Below, piece by piece: positions 1 to 11,700 of a stretch of DNA of 64,000 bases; the first letter of the stretch is position 1, and the number at the start of each line of letters is the position of its first letter. Source of the stretch: an uncultured Eubacteriales bacterium (GTDB lineage: Bacteria > Acidobacteriota > Aminicenantia > Aminicenantales > UBA4085). The translations under genes were made by a program, and so were the position numbers. Location: NCBI GenBank assembly GCA_964537875.1, contig CAZIDN010000009.1, forward strand, positions 3,043 to 67,042. Direction: 5' to 3'. Below the pieces are notes generated by a model that was not told the origin of the DNA, did not search any database, and was given only the letters and a program-made list of their open reading frames with translations.

Positions 1-3000
1 CCTGCTTGCCCATGGCCACCGGGAGCATGCCCAGGATGGTGGTGATGGCGGTGATCAGAATTGGACGAACGCGGATCAAGCCTGCCGTCATCAAAGCCCG
101 CTCGCGTCTTTGCTTCCGTTGTTCGAGCCGGCGCGAATAATCAATCAGGAGAACGCCGTTGTTGACCACGACGCCGAAAAGGATAAGAAATCCCACCAGG
201 ACATTGGCGTTGTAGAGGGAATTCGAGGTCAGGATGAGACCGGAAAACGCCCCGATTCCGGCCAGCGGCAAGGTGAACATCATGACCAAGGGCGCCCGAA
301 AGGCTTCAAATGTCGAAGCCAGGATCATGTAGATCAGGAGGATGCCCAGGGCGATCATGAAATAGAATTCGGACATGTCGCTCTCGTCGCGCACGACCTC
401 GATCATCACTCCCGGCGGAGGCGTGATGCTGGATACGATGTCTTCCACCGATGCCCGGGCCTCTTCCAACAGGCTCTTGGACTGCTCGATGTCGCCGCTA
501 AACCGGTACGTCACCTGGACCTGTTTTTCTTGGTTGACCCGATTGATATTCGAATATCCGGTTGAATAGACGAGGCGCGACAGCTGCTGGAGCGGAACCA
601 GCCCTCCGGCCGTGGATGGAAATTGGAGCCGGCGCAGGTCCTCGGTTTTTTTCTCCTTTTCGGAGGCGGATTTGAGGATGATGTCGATTTCCTCGTTCCC
701 AGCCTTGAACTTGATGTCGGATGTGGTTTCCCTCTGGAACCCGGACAGCTCGTTCCTCACGGCCTGGAGGCTGACGTTGAAGTGGCTCATCGAGGCCTGG
801 TCGAGAAGGAGGTCGATGCTTGGAGACTGATTGGAAACGCTGATTCGGACCCCTGCGACCGTGTCCAGGTTGGAAATATTGTACTGCACGTCTTCGGCCA
901 CGGACCGGAGGAGTCCCAGGTCCTGGCCTCGGACCAGGACCTTTTCCTGGGCGGTTCCGATGCCGAGCAGACGAGTCAAGCTCACGCCGCTCTGCTGGCC
1001 GCTTCCACCTCCGATGCCGCCCCCGCTTCCACCTCCCCTCGACCCGCCCATATAACGCGAATTCTGGGTAGGCTCGGTCGTGGAGAACTCGACGCGGGGA
1101 TACGCCCGGGAAAGGCGGCTGACGATGTCATCCTTTATTTCCGTGACAGTGCGTGCGGATGTCCGGCTGAAGTCATCGACGAGCTTAAAGGCGAATGTGG
1201 CGCTGCCTTCTTCGATCGTCGCCAGCCGGTCGGCGACCTCGGGGATATTCGTGAGGAGGGCGTCCATGGCCTTGACCTGCTCATCGGTCGCTTCGAGCGT
1301 CGTTCCCGAGGTCATCGTGGCATAGACATTGAATGTGAGGAGCTGGACTTCGCGCGGGACGTTCACGCTGAGCGTTAAGCACAGGCCAAGGCTGAGGAAG
1401 AAGAGGGCGACCGTCGCCGCAAGAGTCCGGGCCGGATAGCGCAAGCAGGTCTTCAACAAGACGGTATAAATCTGCCTCATCCGGCTCATCGGCCGGACGG
1501 ACGGAGGTCTCCTCGCGCCCCTCTTCTCCCGGCGGGAGAAAAACCTGTCGGCCAGGACGGGGATCAGGAAAAAAGCCACGGCCAGGGAGATCAAAAGCGT
1601 GGTGATAATGGCCGCGCCCGCCTGGGCTCCCAGCGTCCGCACTTCGGTGTTGGTGGAGAAAAGAAAGGGCAAGAAAACGGCGATCGTCGTCAGAGTGGAA
1701 GCGAAGACTGCTCGCGCCACTTCCGTCGTCCCGCGGACGACGGCCTGGCGGACGTCTTGCGTCCGGCTCGCATGGCGGACGATGTTTTCTAGGACGACGA
1801 CGCTGCAGTCCACGAGCATCCCGATGGCGATGGCCAGGCCGATCATAGTCAAGGTGTTGATCGTGATATGCAGAGCGTAAAAAATGTTCATGGATATGAG
1901 GATGGAGATGGGAACGCTCGCCGAGACGGTCAGGACCAGGGCCGCGTTCCGGAGAAAAAGCCAGAGGACGGCGATGGCCAGCAGGCCTCCGGCGACAATC
2001 AACCACATGATGGACCGCATGTTGTCTTCAATCGTCTTGGCCTCGTCGGCCGCAACGACTAAGCTGATCCCGTCCGGCTTGACCTTCGTGTTGAGCGCGG
2101 TCACAGCCTGACGGGTCTGGCGAGCGAGGCTGATCAAATTGGCTTCCCAGCTGCGTTGGAGAGAGAGGGTGACGGCTTCCTGGCCGTTGAAACGGGAGAT
2201 CGTCTGTTCGTCCGCGCCCCCTTCCGTGATTTTCGCTATCTGGTTGAGGACGACGGGTCCCTTGTCCTTGACGACCAAGTCTCCAATAGACGGCAGCTCG
2301 GTATATTCGCTGATCAGATTGACGAAATACTCTTTCCGCGCGTCCTGGGCTTGGCCAAGATAAAGACGTTTGCCGGACTGCTCCGCGATTTTGGACGACA
2401 CCTGGCCCACGGTCAAGCCATAGGCTTTCATAGCGTCCTCGTCCAGAAGGACCTCGATGGAACGTTTTCGGCCTCCGTATACTTCCACGCTGGCGACGCC
2501 GTCGATGCTCATCAGGTCCGGAGTGATCTTTTCGTCGATAACCGTCCGGATTTGATCGAGACTCCCCTCGCCCCGGGCTTGGAGGACGATGTACCGGTTG
2601 GAGAGCTGCTCCGTATCGGCTTTCGACACCGCGACCGTGAACTCGGTCCCGATTTGGGCTCGGACCGCGGTGGCGCACTGCTGAAGCTTGAGGTAGGCAT
2701 ATTTAAGATTAACGTCTTTTCCATAATAGACATAGATCGTCGCCCGCCTCTGGTCGATCTGCGTTTCTATCCGCTCGATCTTATCCAATCCGGCGATGGC
2801 GCTCTCTATGGGTATAACGGCGTGCTGTTCAACGTATCCGGGATCCGAGGACTGGCCGCCTCTGACGATGACGACCATCCGCGGCGACTCGGATTGCGGG
2901 AAGAGCTCCATGGGCAGCTGCAGATAGGAGATCACGCCCAAAAGGCATAGTCCTGTGAGCACCATGGCCACAAAGACGGGGCGCCGGAGGAAGAATTCGA

Positions 3001-3004
3001 TCAT
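1..3004 (-). CDS. RND efflux permease, AcrB/AcrD/AcrF family (3'-truncated by window edge)
   Basis: Not in the ORF track because it has no stop in the window. Manual translation from ATG 3004 gives MIEFFLRRPVFVAMVLTGLCLLGVISYLQLPMELFP..., and the left end reads ...RVRPILITAITTILGMLPVAMGKQ, both typical AcrB-family motifs. ATGA overlap with the upstream permease stop. Confidence 0.93.
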   Translation of the reverse strand, partial: MIEFFLRRPVFVAMVLTGLCLLGVISYLQLPMELFPQSESPRMVVIVRGGQSSDPGYVEQHAVIPIESAIAGLDKIERIETQIDQRRATIYVYYGKDVNLKYAYLKLQQCATAVRAQIGTEFTVAVSKADTEQLSNRYIVLQARGEGSLDQIRTVIDEKITPDLMSIDGVASVEVYGGRKRSIEVLLDEDAMKAYGLTVGQVSSKIAEQSGKRLYLGQAQDARKEYFVNLISEYTELPSIGDLVVKDKGPVVLNQIAKITEGGADEQTISRFNGQEAVTLSLQRSWEANLISLARQTRQAVTALNTKVKPDGISLVVAADEAKTIEDNMRSIMWLIVAGGLLAIAVLWLFLRNAALVLTVSASVPISILISMNIFYALHITINTLTMIGLAIAIGMLVDCSVVVLENIVRHASRTQDVRQAVVRGTTEVARAVFASTLTTIAVFLPFLFSTNTEVRTLGAQAGAAIITTLLISLAVAFFLIPVLADRFFSRREKRGARRPPSVRPMSRMRQIYTVLLKTCLRYPARTLAATVALFFLSLGLCLTLSVNVPREVQLLTFNVYATMTSGTTLEATDEQVKAMDALLTNIPEVADRLATIEEGSATFAFKLVDDFSRTSARTVTEIKDDIVSRLSRAYPRVEFSTTEPTQNSRYMGGSRGGGSGGGIGGGSGQQSGVSLTRLLGIGTAQEKVLVRGQDLGLLRSVAEDVQYNISNLDTVAGVRISVSNQSPSIDLLLDQASMSHFNVSLQAVRNELSGFQRETTSDIKFKAGNEEIDIILKSASEKEKKTEDLRRLQFPSTAGGLVPLQQLSRLVYSTGYSNINRVNQEKQVQVTYRFSGDIEQSKSLLEEARASVEDIVSSITPPPGVMIEVVRDESDMSEFYFMIALGILLIYMILASTFEAFRAPLVMMFTLPLAGIGAFSGLILTSNSLYNANVLVGFLILFGVVVNNGVLLIDYSRRLEQRKQRRERALMTAGLIRVRPILITAITTILGMLPVAMGKQ

Positions 3005-6000
3005 GCGTCGTCCTTTCCGGCGGCCCGTCGGCCTTCGATCAGCCGGTAGAGGGCGGGGATTACGACCAAGGTCAGAAGCGTCGAGCTGATCATCCCTCCA
3101 GTCACGGCAATCGCCATCGGCGCCCGGAGCGAGGCGCCTTCGCCGATCCCCAGAATCATCGGAACGAGGGCCAGGATCGTCGTCAGGCTCATCATGAGAA
3201 TAGGCCGGATCCGGTGCCGGCCGGCAAAGATGATGGCCTCGTCGAGCCCCATGCCGGCCCGCCGGCTCTGGTTGATGAGGTCGATGAGAATGACGGAATC
3301 ATTGTCGGCGATGCCGACCAGGATGATCAGACCGATGATCGATATGCTGCTGAACGGAACTCCCGCGACGAACATGAGAAGGATCGCCCCGACGCCGGCC
3401 AGAGGCATGATAAAAAGGACGATGAGGGGATGGACCAGCGACTCGAATTGGGCGGCTAAAACCATATAAATGAGGACGATGGCGAGGATCAAGGCGAATT
3501 TGAGGTTCTTGAACGACTCGCGGCGGAGGAGTTCCTCGCCGGCAATCGACATGAAATACCCCTCGGGCAGAACCGTGTCCTTGATCGCCTCTTTGACGCG
3601 TGAGACGACCTTGTCGAACGACGTTCGTCCGGCGAGCTGGGCCCGGACCTCGGCGACGCGCGTCTGATTGTTGCGGATGATCTCCCGGGGCGATTCCGTC
3701 CGGACCAGCCGGGCAACATCGCTCAGGGGAACGCGAAGACCGGAGGAAGCAACCAGGACGAGGTCCTGGAGCTTCCCGACGGAGACCTTCGGGTTGCGGA
3801 GCATGATCTTGATGTATTCGCCCTTATCCTCCAGCTCACCCAAGTCGCTGCCGGCGAGAACGTTTTTGACCTGGTTGCCGATCGTGTCCGCTCTCAAGGA
3901 ATATCGAGCCGCCTGCGCCTTATCCACTTGGATATCGACTTCGGGACGGCCCGCTTGAAAGTTCGTCTCGACATTGGCCAGTTCGGGAAGCTTGGTGAGC
4001 TTGTCCTTGACGCCGTCGGACAGCTTGATTAGAGTGTCCAGGCCCTTGCCTTTGATTTCGACGACGAGGGGGGCATCTTGGGTCCCCAGCGCCGTCTGCA
4101 GCGTCGTCTGCTGCTTGATGAACCGGACGGTTAGGTCCGGGATCGCCGACAATTCCTTTTCCAGACTGGCGATGACACCCTGGAGCGACGGGAGTGATTC
4201 CTTCTTGAAGCCGACCTGAAGGACGGCATTATTCTCATCTTCGAGAGCTTCAGCCGTTGTCTGAGCCGTTCCCTTGGGCCCAACCCGGGCGAAAATGCTG
4301 TCAATCAGGTCTCCGGCCCGCTGCTCGACCAGAGCTTCGATGTTCCGGACGGCGCCTTCCGTTCGCTCGAGCCCCGTACCTTCGGGAAGCCTCAACTGAA
4401 TGACCAATTCTTTCTGGGCTTCCTGGGGCATGAATTCGCTTCCCATGAAACGAAGGCAAAAAATCCCGACTGCGACGAAGGCGAGAGTGATCGAGACGAC
4501 GAGCCAGCGTTTTCGTAGGATTCCCTGGAGAATCCGGCCGTAAAAATTGAACCGGACGGATTTGGACGCGGCGACCATGCTCCGGGGCTTGATCACTCGG
4601 GAAAAAAGCATCGGGATGACGACCATGGCTACGAGTATCGACGAGAGGAGGGAAAAGGCGACCGTCCAGGCCTGGTCTTTGAAAAGTTCCCCTGCCACGC
4701 CGTGGAGGTAGACGATCGGGAAGAAGACGACGATCGTCGTCAAGGTGGCGCTGGTGATGGCCCCGCCGACTTCCCCCGCTCCCCGGACGGCAGCGTCTTT
4801 AATGGACATCCCGCTTTCGACATGGCGAAAGATATTTTCGCCGACGACGATGGCGTTGTCGACAAGCATGCCGACGCCGAGGGCCAGCCCTCCGAGCGTC
4901 ATAATGTTCAGGGTCAGGTTGTTGAAATACATCAAATTGAACGTGGCGACGACGGAGATGGGAATAGCCATGCCGATTATGGCCGTGACGCCGATCTTCC
5001 GGAGGAAGAAATAGAGGACGAGGATGGCCAGGATGCCGCCGATGATTCCCGCTTCCTCCACCTCGCCGATCGCCGCCTTGATGAAGCCCGCCTGATCCTG
5101 GATGATATGGATTTGGTATCCGGGCAATGACCGGCGCAAAGAATCCAGTTCGTCCCGGATAGTCTTCGAGGCGGCCGTCGTATTGGACCCCGCTTCTTTA
5201 TAGATCTCCAGGGCAATGGCCGGCCGGCCGTTGTAGCGGACGACGTTCTCCGGCTCGCTCAGAACGAACCGGACATCCGCCACGTCCCGGAGATAGATGG
5301 CAGTTCTTTCCGCCGGCTGCTGGCTCGTCGCCTCCTTTGTCTTGTAGGCGACGATGAGGTTTCTGATGTCATCGAGCGATGTCAGCTGGCCCACGCCTCG
5401 GATCGTGTAGCGGATCCCCATTTCGGTGATCGAGCCGCCCGAAAGGTTGCGGTTGAAGTTCTGGATCGTGGAGCCGAGCTGGTCCATGGTCAGGCCGCAG
5501 GATTCGAGGGTGTAGGCATCCGTTTTGACCTCGATCTCCCGTCGGCGGTCTCCCAGGAGCTCGACGGCGGCAACGCCGGGGAGGCGGATGAGCTCGTTTC
5601 GGATGTTGTTTTCCGCAGTCAGTCGCAGCTTGTCCAGGTCGGTGATTTCCTCATGAGCCAGGACGGCCGTTACGACGGGCTGGGCGTTGGGGTCGAGCTG
5701 GGTGACGGCGATGCTGTCGGCTCCGCTATTTTGGCCGAAATCGGCGACGGCCTTCTGCAGGTCGAGATAGGCCTCCTGCATATCCGTATTCCACTGGTAT
5801 TCGGAAGTGATCAAGGCTTTGCCGACGCGGGATAGGGACAAGACGTTGGTGACGTTCCGGCCACGGGAGGCGAGCGATTCAATCCTCTCCACGAACTGCT
5901 TCTCCATCTCCTCCGGCGGCCGTTCGCCCGCCTGGACTTCTATATACAGCCGAGGGCTGTTGATCCGGGGCAGGAGGTCAATCCCTAATCTTTGGTACGA

Positions 6001-6084
6001 AATGTACCCGAGAAGGAGGACGGCCAGGACGATCATGGCGACAGTCGTCGGATATTTGACCGCAAATCGAGCGAGCTTAAACAT
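3001..6084 (-). CDS. RND efflux permease, AcrB/AcrD/AcrF family
   Basis: 1027 aa with GVGMLVDNAIVVGENI, LAAQFESLVHP and RIRPILMMSLTTILAL motifs. Confidence 0.96.
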   Translation of the reverse strand: MFKLARFAVKYPTTVAMIVLAVLLLGYISYQRLGIDLLPRINSPRLYIEVQAGERPPEEMEKQFVERIESLASRGRNVTNVLSLSRVGKALITSEYQWNTDMQEAYLDLQKAVADFGQNSGADSIAVTQLDPNAQPVVTAVLAHEEITDLDKLRLTAENNIRNELIRLPGVAAVELLGDRRREIEVKTDAYTLESCGLTMDQLGSTIQNFNRNLSGGSITEMGIRYTIRGVGQLTSLDDIRNLIVAYKTKEATSQQPAERTAIYLRDVADVRFVLSEPENVVRYNGRPAIALEIYKEAGSNTTAASKTIRDELDSLRRSLPGYQIHIIQDQAGFIKAAIGEVEEAGIIGGILAILVLYFFLRKIGVTAIIGMAIPISVVATFNLMYFNNLTLNIMTLGGLALGVGMLVDNAIVVGENIFRHVESGMSIKDAAVRGAGEVGGAITSATLTTIVVFFPIVYLHGVAGELFKDQAWTVAFSLLSSILVAMVVIPMLFSRVIKPRSMVAASKSVRFNFYGRILQGILRKRWLVVSITLAFVAVGIFCLRFMGSEFMPQEAQKELVIQLRLPEGTGLERTEGAVRNIEALVEQRAGDLIDSIFARVGPKGTAQTTAEALEDENNAVLQVGFKKESLPSLQGVIASLEKELSAIPDLTVRFIKQQTTLQTALGTQDAPLVVEIKGKGLDTLIKLSDGVKDKLTKLPELANVETNFQAGRPEVDIQVDKAQAARYSLRADTIGNQVKNVLAGSDLGELEDKGEYIKIMLRNPKVSVGKLQDLVLVASSGLRVPLSDVARLVRTESPREIIRNNQTRVAEVRAQLAGRTSFDKVVSRVKEAIKDTVLPEGYFMSIAGEELLRRESFKNLKFALILAIVLIYMVLAAQFESLVHPLIVLFIMPLAGVGAILLMFVAGVPFSSISIIGLIILVGIADNDSVILIDLINQSRRAGMGLDEAIIFAGRHRIRPILMMSLTTILALVPMILGIGEGASLRAPMAIAVTGGMISSTLLTLVVIPALYRLIEGRRAAGKDDA

Positions 6085-6092
6085 CGTCGACC

Positions 6093-7157
6093 CTATTCGA
6101 TGATCCTGACCCGGGCGTTTGTGCGCAGCGTCTCAAAGCCTTCGGTCACGACGCGGTCCGACGCCTTGAGACCGCTTGTCACTTCGGCCTCATCGACGTT
6201 TTCGATGCCGGTCTGGATCCTCCTTTCGAGGGCAATGCCCCGCTCGACGACAAATACGGTCTTGGCGCCGCGGCGGTCGAGGATGATGGATTTGGGGATG
6301 ACCAAGACCGCGGTCTTTTCCTGGACGATCACGTCCGTCTTGATGAAGCTGCCCGGCTTGAGGCGGAGGCCGGGATTGGGGATCTCGATCCTCAGCTTGA
6401 ACATGCGGCTCTCTGCGTCGAGAGCGGGAGAGATCTGGGTCAGGATCCCCGAGAGGGCCGTGTTGGGCTGGCTGTAATCGGTGACCAGGACTCGCTGGCC
6501 CTGGGACAGCCGGTCCATCTCCTTGCCGGGCAGGGTCAGGTCGGCATAGAGGCGGGAATAGTCCATGATCCGGATGACAAGCGTATTCGATTCGATCCAT
6601 TGGCCGTCGGTGAAATGAGGCAGGTCGACGACGACCCCGTCGAAAGGAGCCCTGACCTCGAGCTTCTTCAGCGCCAGCAAGGAGTTTTCGAAGCTGTAGG
6701 TCGAGTCGATGAAAGCCCTTTGGGCGTCGGCCAGCTCCTTGAGAGTGATTCCCCCTTTTTCATAGACGCCCTGCTGCTTGGTGTATTCCCGCTGGGCGGA
6801 TTCGTGCTGCAGCTTTTTAGACTCAAAGGCGACTTGGTTCACAAATTCGGGATTCTCCAGGGAAATCAGGATTTCATCCTTCTTGACGCCGTCCCTCATC
6901 CGGAACGGCTGGCCCGTCCGGGCGTTGGTCCGGAGAAGATACCGGCCCGCCTGCTCGGTTTTGAGCTGGACGTCGCGGATGGGGAAGGCCGTTCCGGTCG
7001 CGGCCACGAACTCCTGAATAGCCTTGGGCTTGAGCTCGGCGGCCTTGACCGTGATGGTCGTCTCCGTATCCACGCTGAGGGTTTCCTGCTTGCAGCTCCA
7101 GAACGCCAGGAGGGCTGTCAGGCTGAGAAAGGCGATCGTTGTTTTCTTCACGGGCAT
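6093..7157 (-). CDS. RND periplasmic adaptor (membrane fusion protein), probable lipoprotein
   Basis: Start moved to ATG 7157 (AGGAGG RBS). Lipobox-like FWSC, biotinyl-like RAPFDGVV and the MFP C-terminus (GLKASDRVVTEG). Confidence 0.92.
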   Translation of the reverse strand: MPVKKTTIAFLSLTALLAFWSCKQETLSVDTETTITVKAAELKPKAIQEFVAATGTAFPIRDVQLKTEQAGRYLLRTNARTGQPFRMRDGVKKDEILISLENPEFVNQVAFESKKLQHESAQREYTKQQGVYEKGGITLKELADAQRAFIDSTYSFENSLLALKKLEVRAPFDGVVVDLPHFTDGQWIESNTLVIRIMDYSRLYADLTLPGKEMDRLSQGQRVLVTDYSQPNTALSGILTQISPALDAESRMFKLRIEIPNPGLRLKPGSFIKTDVIVQEKTAVLVIPKSIILDRRGAKTVFVVERGIALERRIQTGIENVDEAEVTSGLKASDRVVTEGFETLRTNARVRIIE

Positions 7158-7161
7158 CCTC

Positions 7162-8664
7162 CTACATCTTTTCGACGATGGAAACATTTTTATCGAAATC
7201 CCAGAGGGAACGGATCTTGATATCCAGAAGGGCCAGCTTATAGTTGATCAGGGCCGAAACCTCGTTGAGCTTCTGAGTGGAGAGCTGCTGCTGGTAGAAT
7301 TGCATATCCTTGGACGAAAGATCGCCGCTCTTGTATCGCTCGAGGTTGATCTCATAGGTCAATTGGGCATTCTTGGTGTTCTTTTCGGCGATCTCGATCT
7401 GCCGCTTTTGGTTCAGCAAACTGCGGTAGGCCTGCCGGATATCAAGCTGGATCTGTTTTCTCTGTTCCTCAAGGGAAAGTTTCTGGGTGTCCACCTGGGC
7501 CTGGGTGGCCGCCAGGACGTGTTTCTTTTGGCCCCAGTCGAAAACCGGAATGTTCAGGGTGAGGGCGACCACCTGGTCGACGTTCGGGGAGCCGTAAATG
7601 TTTTGGAAGGCTTTATTGACGCCGGTCAAACCCACGGTGAGATCCACCTGGGCTTTGAATTCATTCTGCGCTCCGGCCTGGATGAGGTCGTTGAGGGCAG
7701 TCTGGATGGAGATATCCCTTTGGCGGAGCTCCATCCGGCTGGCCAGGCCATGGGCGATGGCCTTTTGGAGGTCGACATCCACAAGATACTTGCGGATGTC
7801 GGTCACGATCTCGATCTCCTGGTCCAGATACATTCCGATCAGGATCTTGAAGCTGTCCATAGCGTTCTCGTACTGGATCTGCTTGTTTTCGAGAGCGGCC
7901 TGGCTGCTTAATCGGGTCAGGTCGGCCTGATAAAGCTCTCCTTGAGCGGCGATCCCGGCCTGGACTTTGCTTTCGATGATTTTCAACTGTTCGTCGGCGT
8001 TCTTGGATTCTTCCTGGGCGATTTTAACGCCTTCCCGGCTGTAATAAAGGTTGAGGAACTGCTGGGTGACCTGACGTTCGATGGAAAGCTTTTGGAGGGC
8101 GTAATTTAGCCGGGAGTTTTCCAGGGATAGCTCGAGCTCCTCGATCTGCATCTGGGTCCGGTTATAGGTGAATAGGGGCTGGCTGAATTTTAAAAACAGG
8201 GAGTTGTTATACGCGCCCGCCTTGTTACCGCCGACAAACGAACTCGAAGACTCCTGCCAGTTGAAGCTGTCGGTGACCGTCAGGGTGCCGTCCGTCCATT
8301 TGATGGGCTGACGAATGGAAAAGCTGGCGGCCGTCCTGGTGACGCTCTGGGTATTGTAGCTCGAAGTCAGCTCGCTAAAGGTCTTTGTGTCCGAAAGATT
8401 GAGGGGATTGAGGGTGAGGCTGAACTGGGATTTCAACCCGGCCTGTTGGGCCTTGAGGTTTTCTCCGCTGGTCTGCAGCCGGTAAGCGGCCTCCTTGATG
8501 GAGGGACTGTTGCGAAAGGCGAATTCCAGGGCCTTGTCCAGAGTCAAAATCTCCTGCGCCGCGAGCGGCAGAAGAAGAAGAAAGATCAAACCTCCCGCTA
8601 AAAGGCCGAGCCGTACAGTCCTATGATCCCGGGTGCTGGAGAAACTTTTCGCGCTTTTTATCAT
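7162..8664 (-). CDS. TolC family outer membrane efflux protein
   Basis: LTLDKALEFA N-terminus, LTLNIPVFDWG and NLERYKSG helical repeats. Start placed at ATG 8664 (GGAG RBS). Confidence 0.9.
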   Translation of the reverse strand: MIKSAKSFSSTRDHRTVRLGLLAGGLIFLLLLPLAAQEILTLDKALEFAFRNSPSIKEAAYRLQTSGENLKAQQAGLKSQFSLTLNPLNLSDTKTFSELTSSYNTQSVTRTAASFSIRQPIKWTDGTLTVTDSFNWQESSSSFVGGNKAGAYNNSLFLKFSQPLFTYNRTQMQIEELELSLENSRLNYALQKLSIERQVTQQFLNLYYSREGVKIAQEESKNADEQLKIIESKVQAGIAAQGELYQADLTRLSSQAALENKQIQYENAMDSFKILIGMYLDQEIEIVTDIRKYLVDVDLQKAIAHGLASRMELRQRDISIQTALNDLIQAGAQNEFKAQVDLTVGLTGVNKAFQNIYGSPNVDQVVALTLNIPVFDWGQKKHVLAATQAQVDTQKLSLEEQRKQIQLDIRQAYRSLLNQKRQIEIAEKNTKNAQLTYEINLERYKSGDLSSKDMQFYQQQLSTQKLNEVSALINYKLALLDIKIRSLWDFDKNVSIVEKM

Positions 8665-8708
8665 AGCTTTCGCTCCTGATATGATATTCGACGGTCCTTC
8701 GAAGAGCG

Positions 8709-11700
8709 CTATTTTTGTTGGACCCACTTGATGGCGTCCGCCAAAACAAAACGCTCCTCGTTTTTGTCCGTCAATTCGACTAGATTCTCGCCGGCCGCCA
8801 GCCGGAAATTTCCGATGAGGGTCCAGCCGGCCGGCACGTCCCTGAGGTCAACGATAACCTCTTCGACCCGGCCCTCGTGATAAATCAGGAAATGCTTTTT
8901 GCCCGGCTGCAGCCGCGGCACATTGAAGCCCCGGCCTGCCGCCTGTGTTCCCGCCGTGGTTCCACTCCCGCGCTGGCCGCCCGAGGGCGGGGCTCCCCCC
9001 ATGGCGAAGCCGCCGCGGCCTAACGCCATCACGTTTCCTCCCCGGCCCATGCCCGCGCCGATCCCTTCGTAATAAAAATAAATGCTATACTCTCCGGCCT
9101 GGTCGAGATGGACCGTCCAGGCGACCTTGCTCACGCCTTGGCCGGATTTCTTGACAAACGCGGAGCGGACGAATCGGCCGAAGAAATTCTGGATGATCAA
9201 GGGTTCCCAATGATCGGGCGGATTTAGCAAACTGCCGAACGTCCCATAGTCTGCCTCGCTTTGATCAGGCACAAAAATACGGCGGACCGTGCTTCGCAGC
9301 CAATTTTCCCGCCCCTTGTCGGCAAGCTTGAAACCCGCGTCTTCATTGTCGACGATGTATTCTCCTTCTGCTCCGGGCGAGGCCGGGATATAAGGTCGAG
9401 CCGATTCGCCGTCGAACGGCTTGACGCCCGGCTTCGGCTGTTGATTGCTGAAGGGAAGGGTGAACATCCCGGGCAGGTTGCGCGACATCGTGGTATCGAT
9501 CGTTGTCATGGCCGATGCCTGATCCAGGACAATGCCAACCGCTTTGACGGTCTGGGCGGGCACGAGGACCGTGCGCGTTTCCGGCGCCGAGGCCGACACC
9601 CCCATCACGCCGCCCATTCCGCCTCCGCCCCGGGCGCCGAAACCGCCCATCGTGGCCAGATTGACCTTGATGACGCCTTCCTGGTTCGTTGGATTCGTTA
9701 CCTGGAATTTGATCTGGAACTTAGTCTTTTCTTTGTCGATGACTCGGTAGCTCTGGACGTCGTCGAACAGGAAGCCCGGCAAACCCTTCTGCTCGTACCA
9801 GGACGCGATCGTTTTGTCTAGATCCAAACGTCCCAGGCCGGCGATGAAATCCTCCAAGGATTTTCGGGTGATCGGCTTGAAACGCCGGTCCTTGAGAAAC
9901 GCGATCAGCCGGTCGTCGAAGTCGGCCGCCCCGAGCTTGGCCCGGATGAGAATCAAAAGAGCCTTTCCTTTTTGCTGCAGAATCGGGATGACCGGCTGGT
10001 TCTCCCGGCCGGAGAGTCGAATCGCCTCGGCCAAAGAATGGTCCATCAGAAACTTGTTGATTTCATTCTGGAGCGTGTTGCTCCCCTGGCCGAGGCGCAT
10101 CGGGCCTAAAGTGGGTGAACCGGCCCGCTCCTGAAGGTAAGATTCCAGCGCATAGCCGAAGAGAGGCCACTCCGCGATATTGAGGGGAGAAGCGTAGGCC
10201 ACGAAATTGGGGAAAATATTGAAGGCGGCTTCGGAATTCGTCTCGACCAGGAAGCCCAGGGGAGCCCGCTGCTGGCCGCCGAATAGACCCGGCTGCGTCG
10301 CGATCAGGTTGGATTGGATAAAACGGTTGAACAAGACGCGCTGAATGTCCTTCGGACTTATTTGGCCGCCTGCTCTCGCCGTCATCGCCCGTTGGCCCGC
10401 CGCTCCGGCCCGACCGCCCAGGCCTGCCATCAGGCCGGCCCTGAATTCGGCCCCGGCGCACAGGACTCCCATTTCTGGCAGAAAAACCAACTGCGGCTGG
10501 ACGTGCTCCTGGGCCATGGTCCAAAGCCGGTTATAGCTGGTGATATGGATCGGAATTTCGACGAGAGAAAGCTGTTTGTAGGGATAATTCAAGCCCAGTA
10601 CGACCTCATATCCGTCTTTAATCTGCTTAATCAGCTGGGGCAAATCCCCGGCGATTTCCTTAAGCTTGGGCGTGAATCGGTCGTGCCCGTCAAGGAGCAA
10701 AAGAGAATATTGGACTCCATCCACCGTGACGGTTTTTTTCTCGTAACGGCCCAAAGTCAGGGAGATTTGGGGAAGAAGAGTCTCCGGTTGAAAGACATAA
10801 GTTTTTTTTCGGCCGGCGTTTTCGATTGTCGGAATGCCCTGAGAAATGGCCGTCAAGTTCTCAGGCGTCTCGACGGACAGGGTAAAGCGGCTATTATCTT
10901 TCTTCATGAGCGAGGGGAAGAGCAGAGATTCGGGAAGCCCCGGCCGCGGATACCAGCCGCATTCAGGAGTCAGATGGACAAAATCCGGACTGATCACGGC
11001 ATAGCGCTTGGGTACGGAAACCATCCATATCTTGAGGGGCGTATCGCGTTTCGTATCGTCGATATCCAGGTAGCAATAGCCTTCGTCGATCGTCCCCGAA
11101 TAAGACAGCGAGAGACGGATCTCGCTGCCCGGCGGAATCAGTTCCTTCGCCTCGACGGCGACGAGATGATGATTTTTGCGATAGGGCAGCGCGCCGGATT
11201 CGCCCTTGAGCTCGCTGATCCGGAGCCCCGGATTGAGAGAAAGATAGATCGTTTTCAGGGCAACATCATTGTTGTTGGCCAGGGTGAGATCGGCCGTTGC
11301 GGTAATCGTTTTTCCTTCATGACGCAGGCGGATATTGCAGCCGAGAAGGGTCAGCGCCGGCTTCTCTGCTACTTCCCGGCTCTCTGCTTTAATCGCTTTT
11401 CGCAAATCCCGGGCCGTAGTGACGCCGTGAAGATACGTATAGCCGAGTCCGGCCGCCGCGGCGACGGCGAGCAGGGCCAGAATCCCCAGAATCCTGTTCA
11501 ACCCGGGAGACTGGCGCAGCCTTTTCATGAGCAGGGCGGAAATCAGGATCAATCCCGCGCCCAGGAAAAAGTACATCCCTCGGAGAAGAACGAGCTGGGG
11601 CAGATTGCCCAGGCCGATAAAATCCGAGTACATGACCGGCGTGTAAAAAGCGAAGCTGTCAAAGGCAAAAGAGTAACGGGGACCGATCACGATCAGGGAG

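Noticed and set aside
8709-9300. Annotating the fusion permease as a xanthan lyase or active aminopeptidase
   Set aside because: Only the small golvesin-like beta domain is recognisable and HExxH is absent, so catalytic activity is unsupported.
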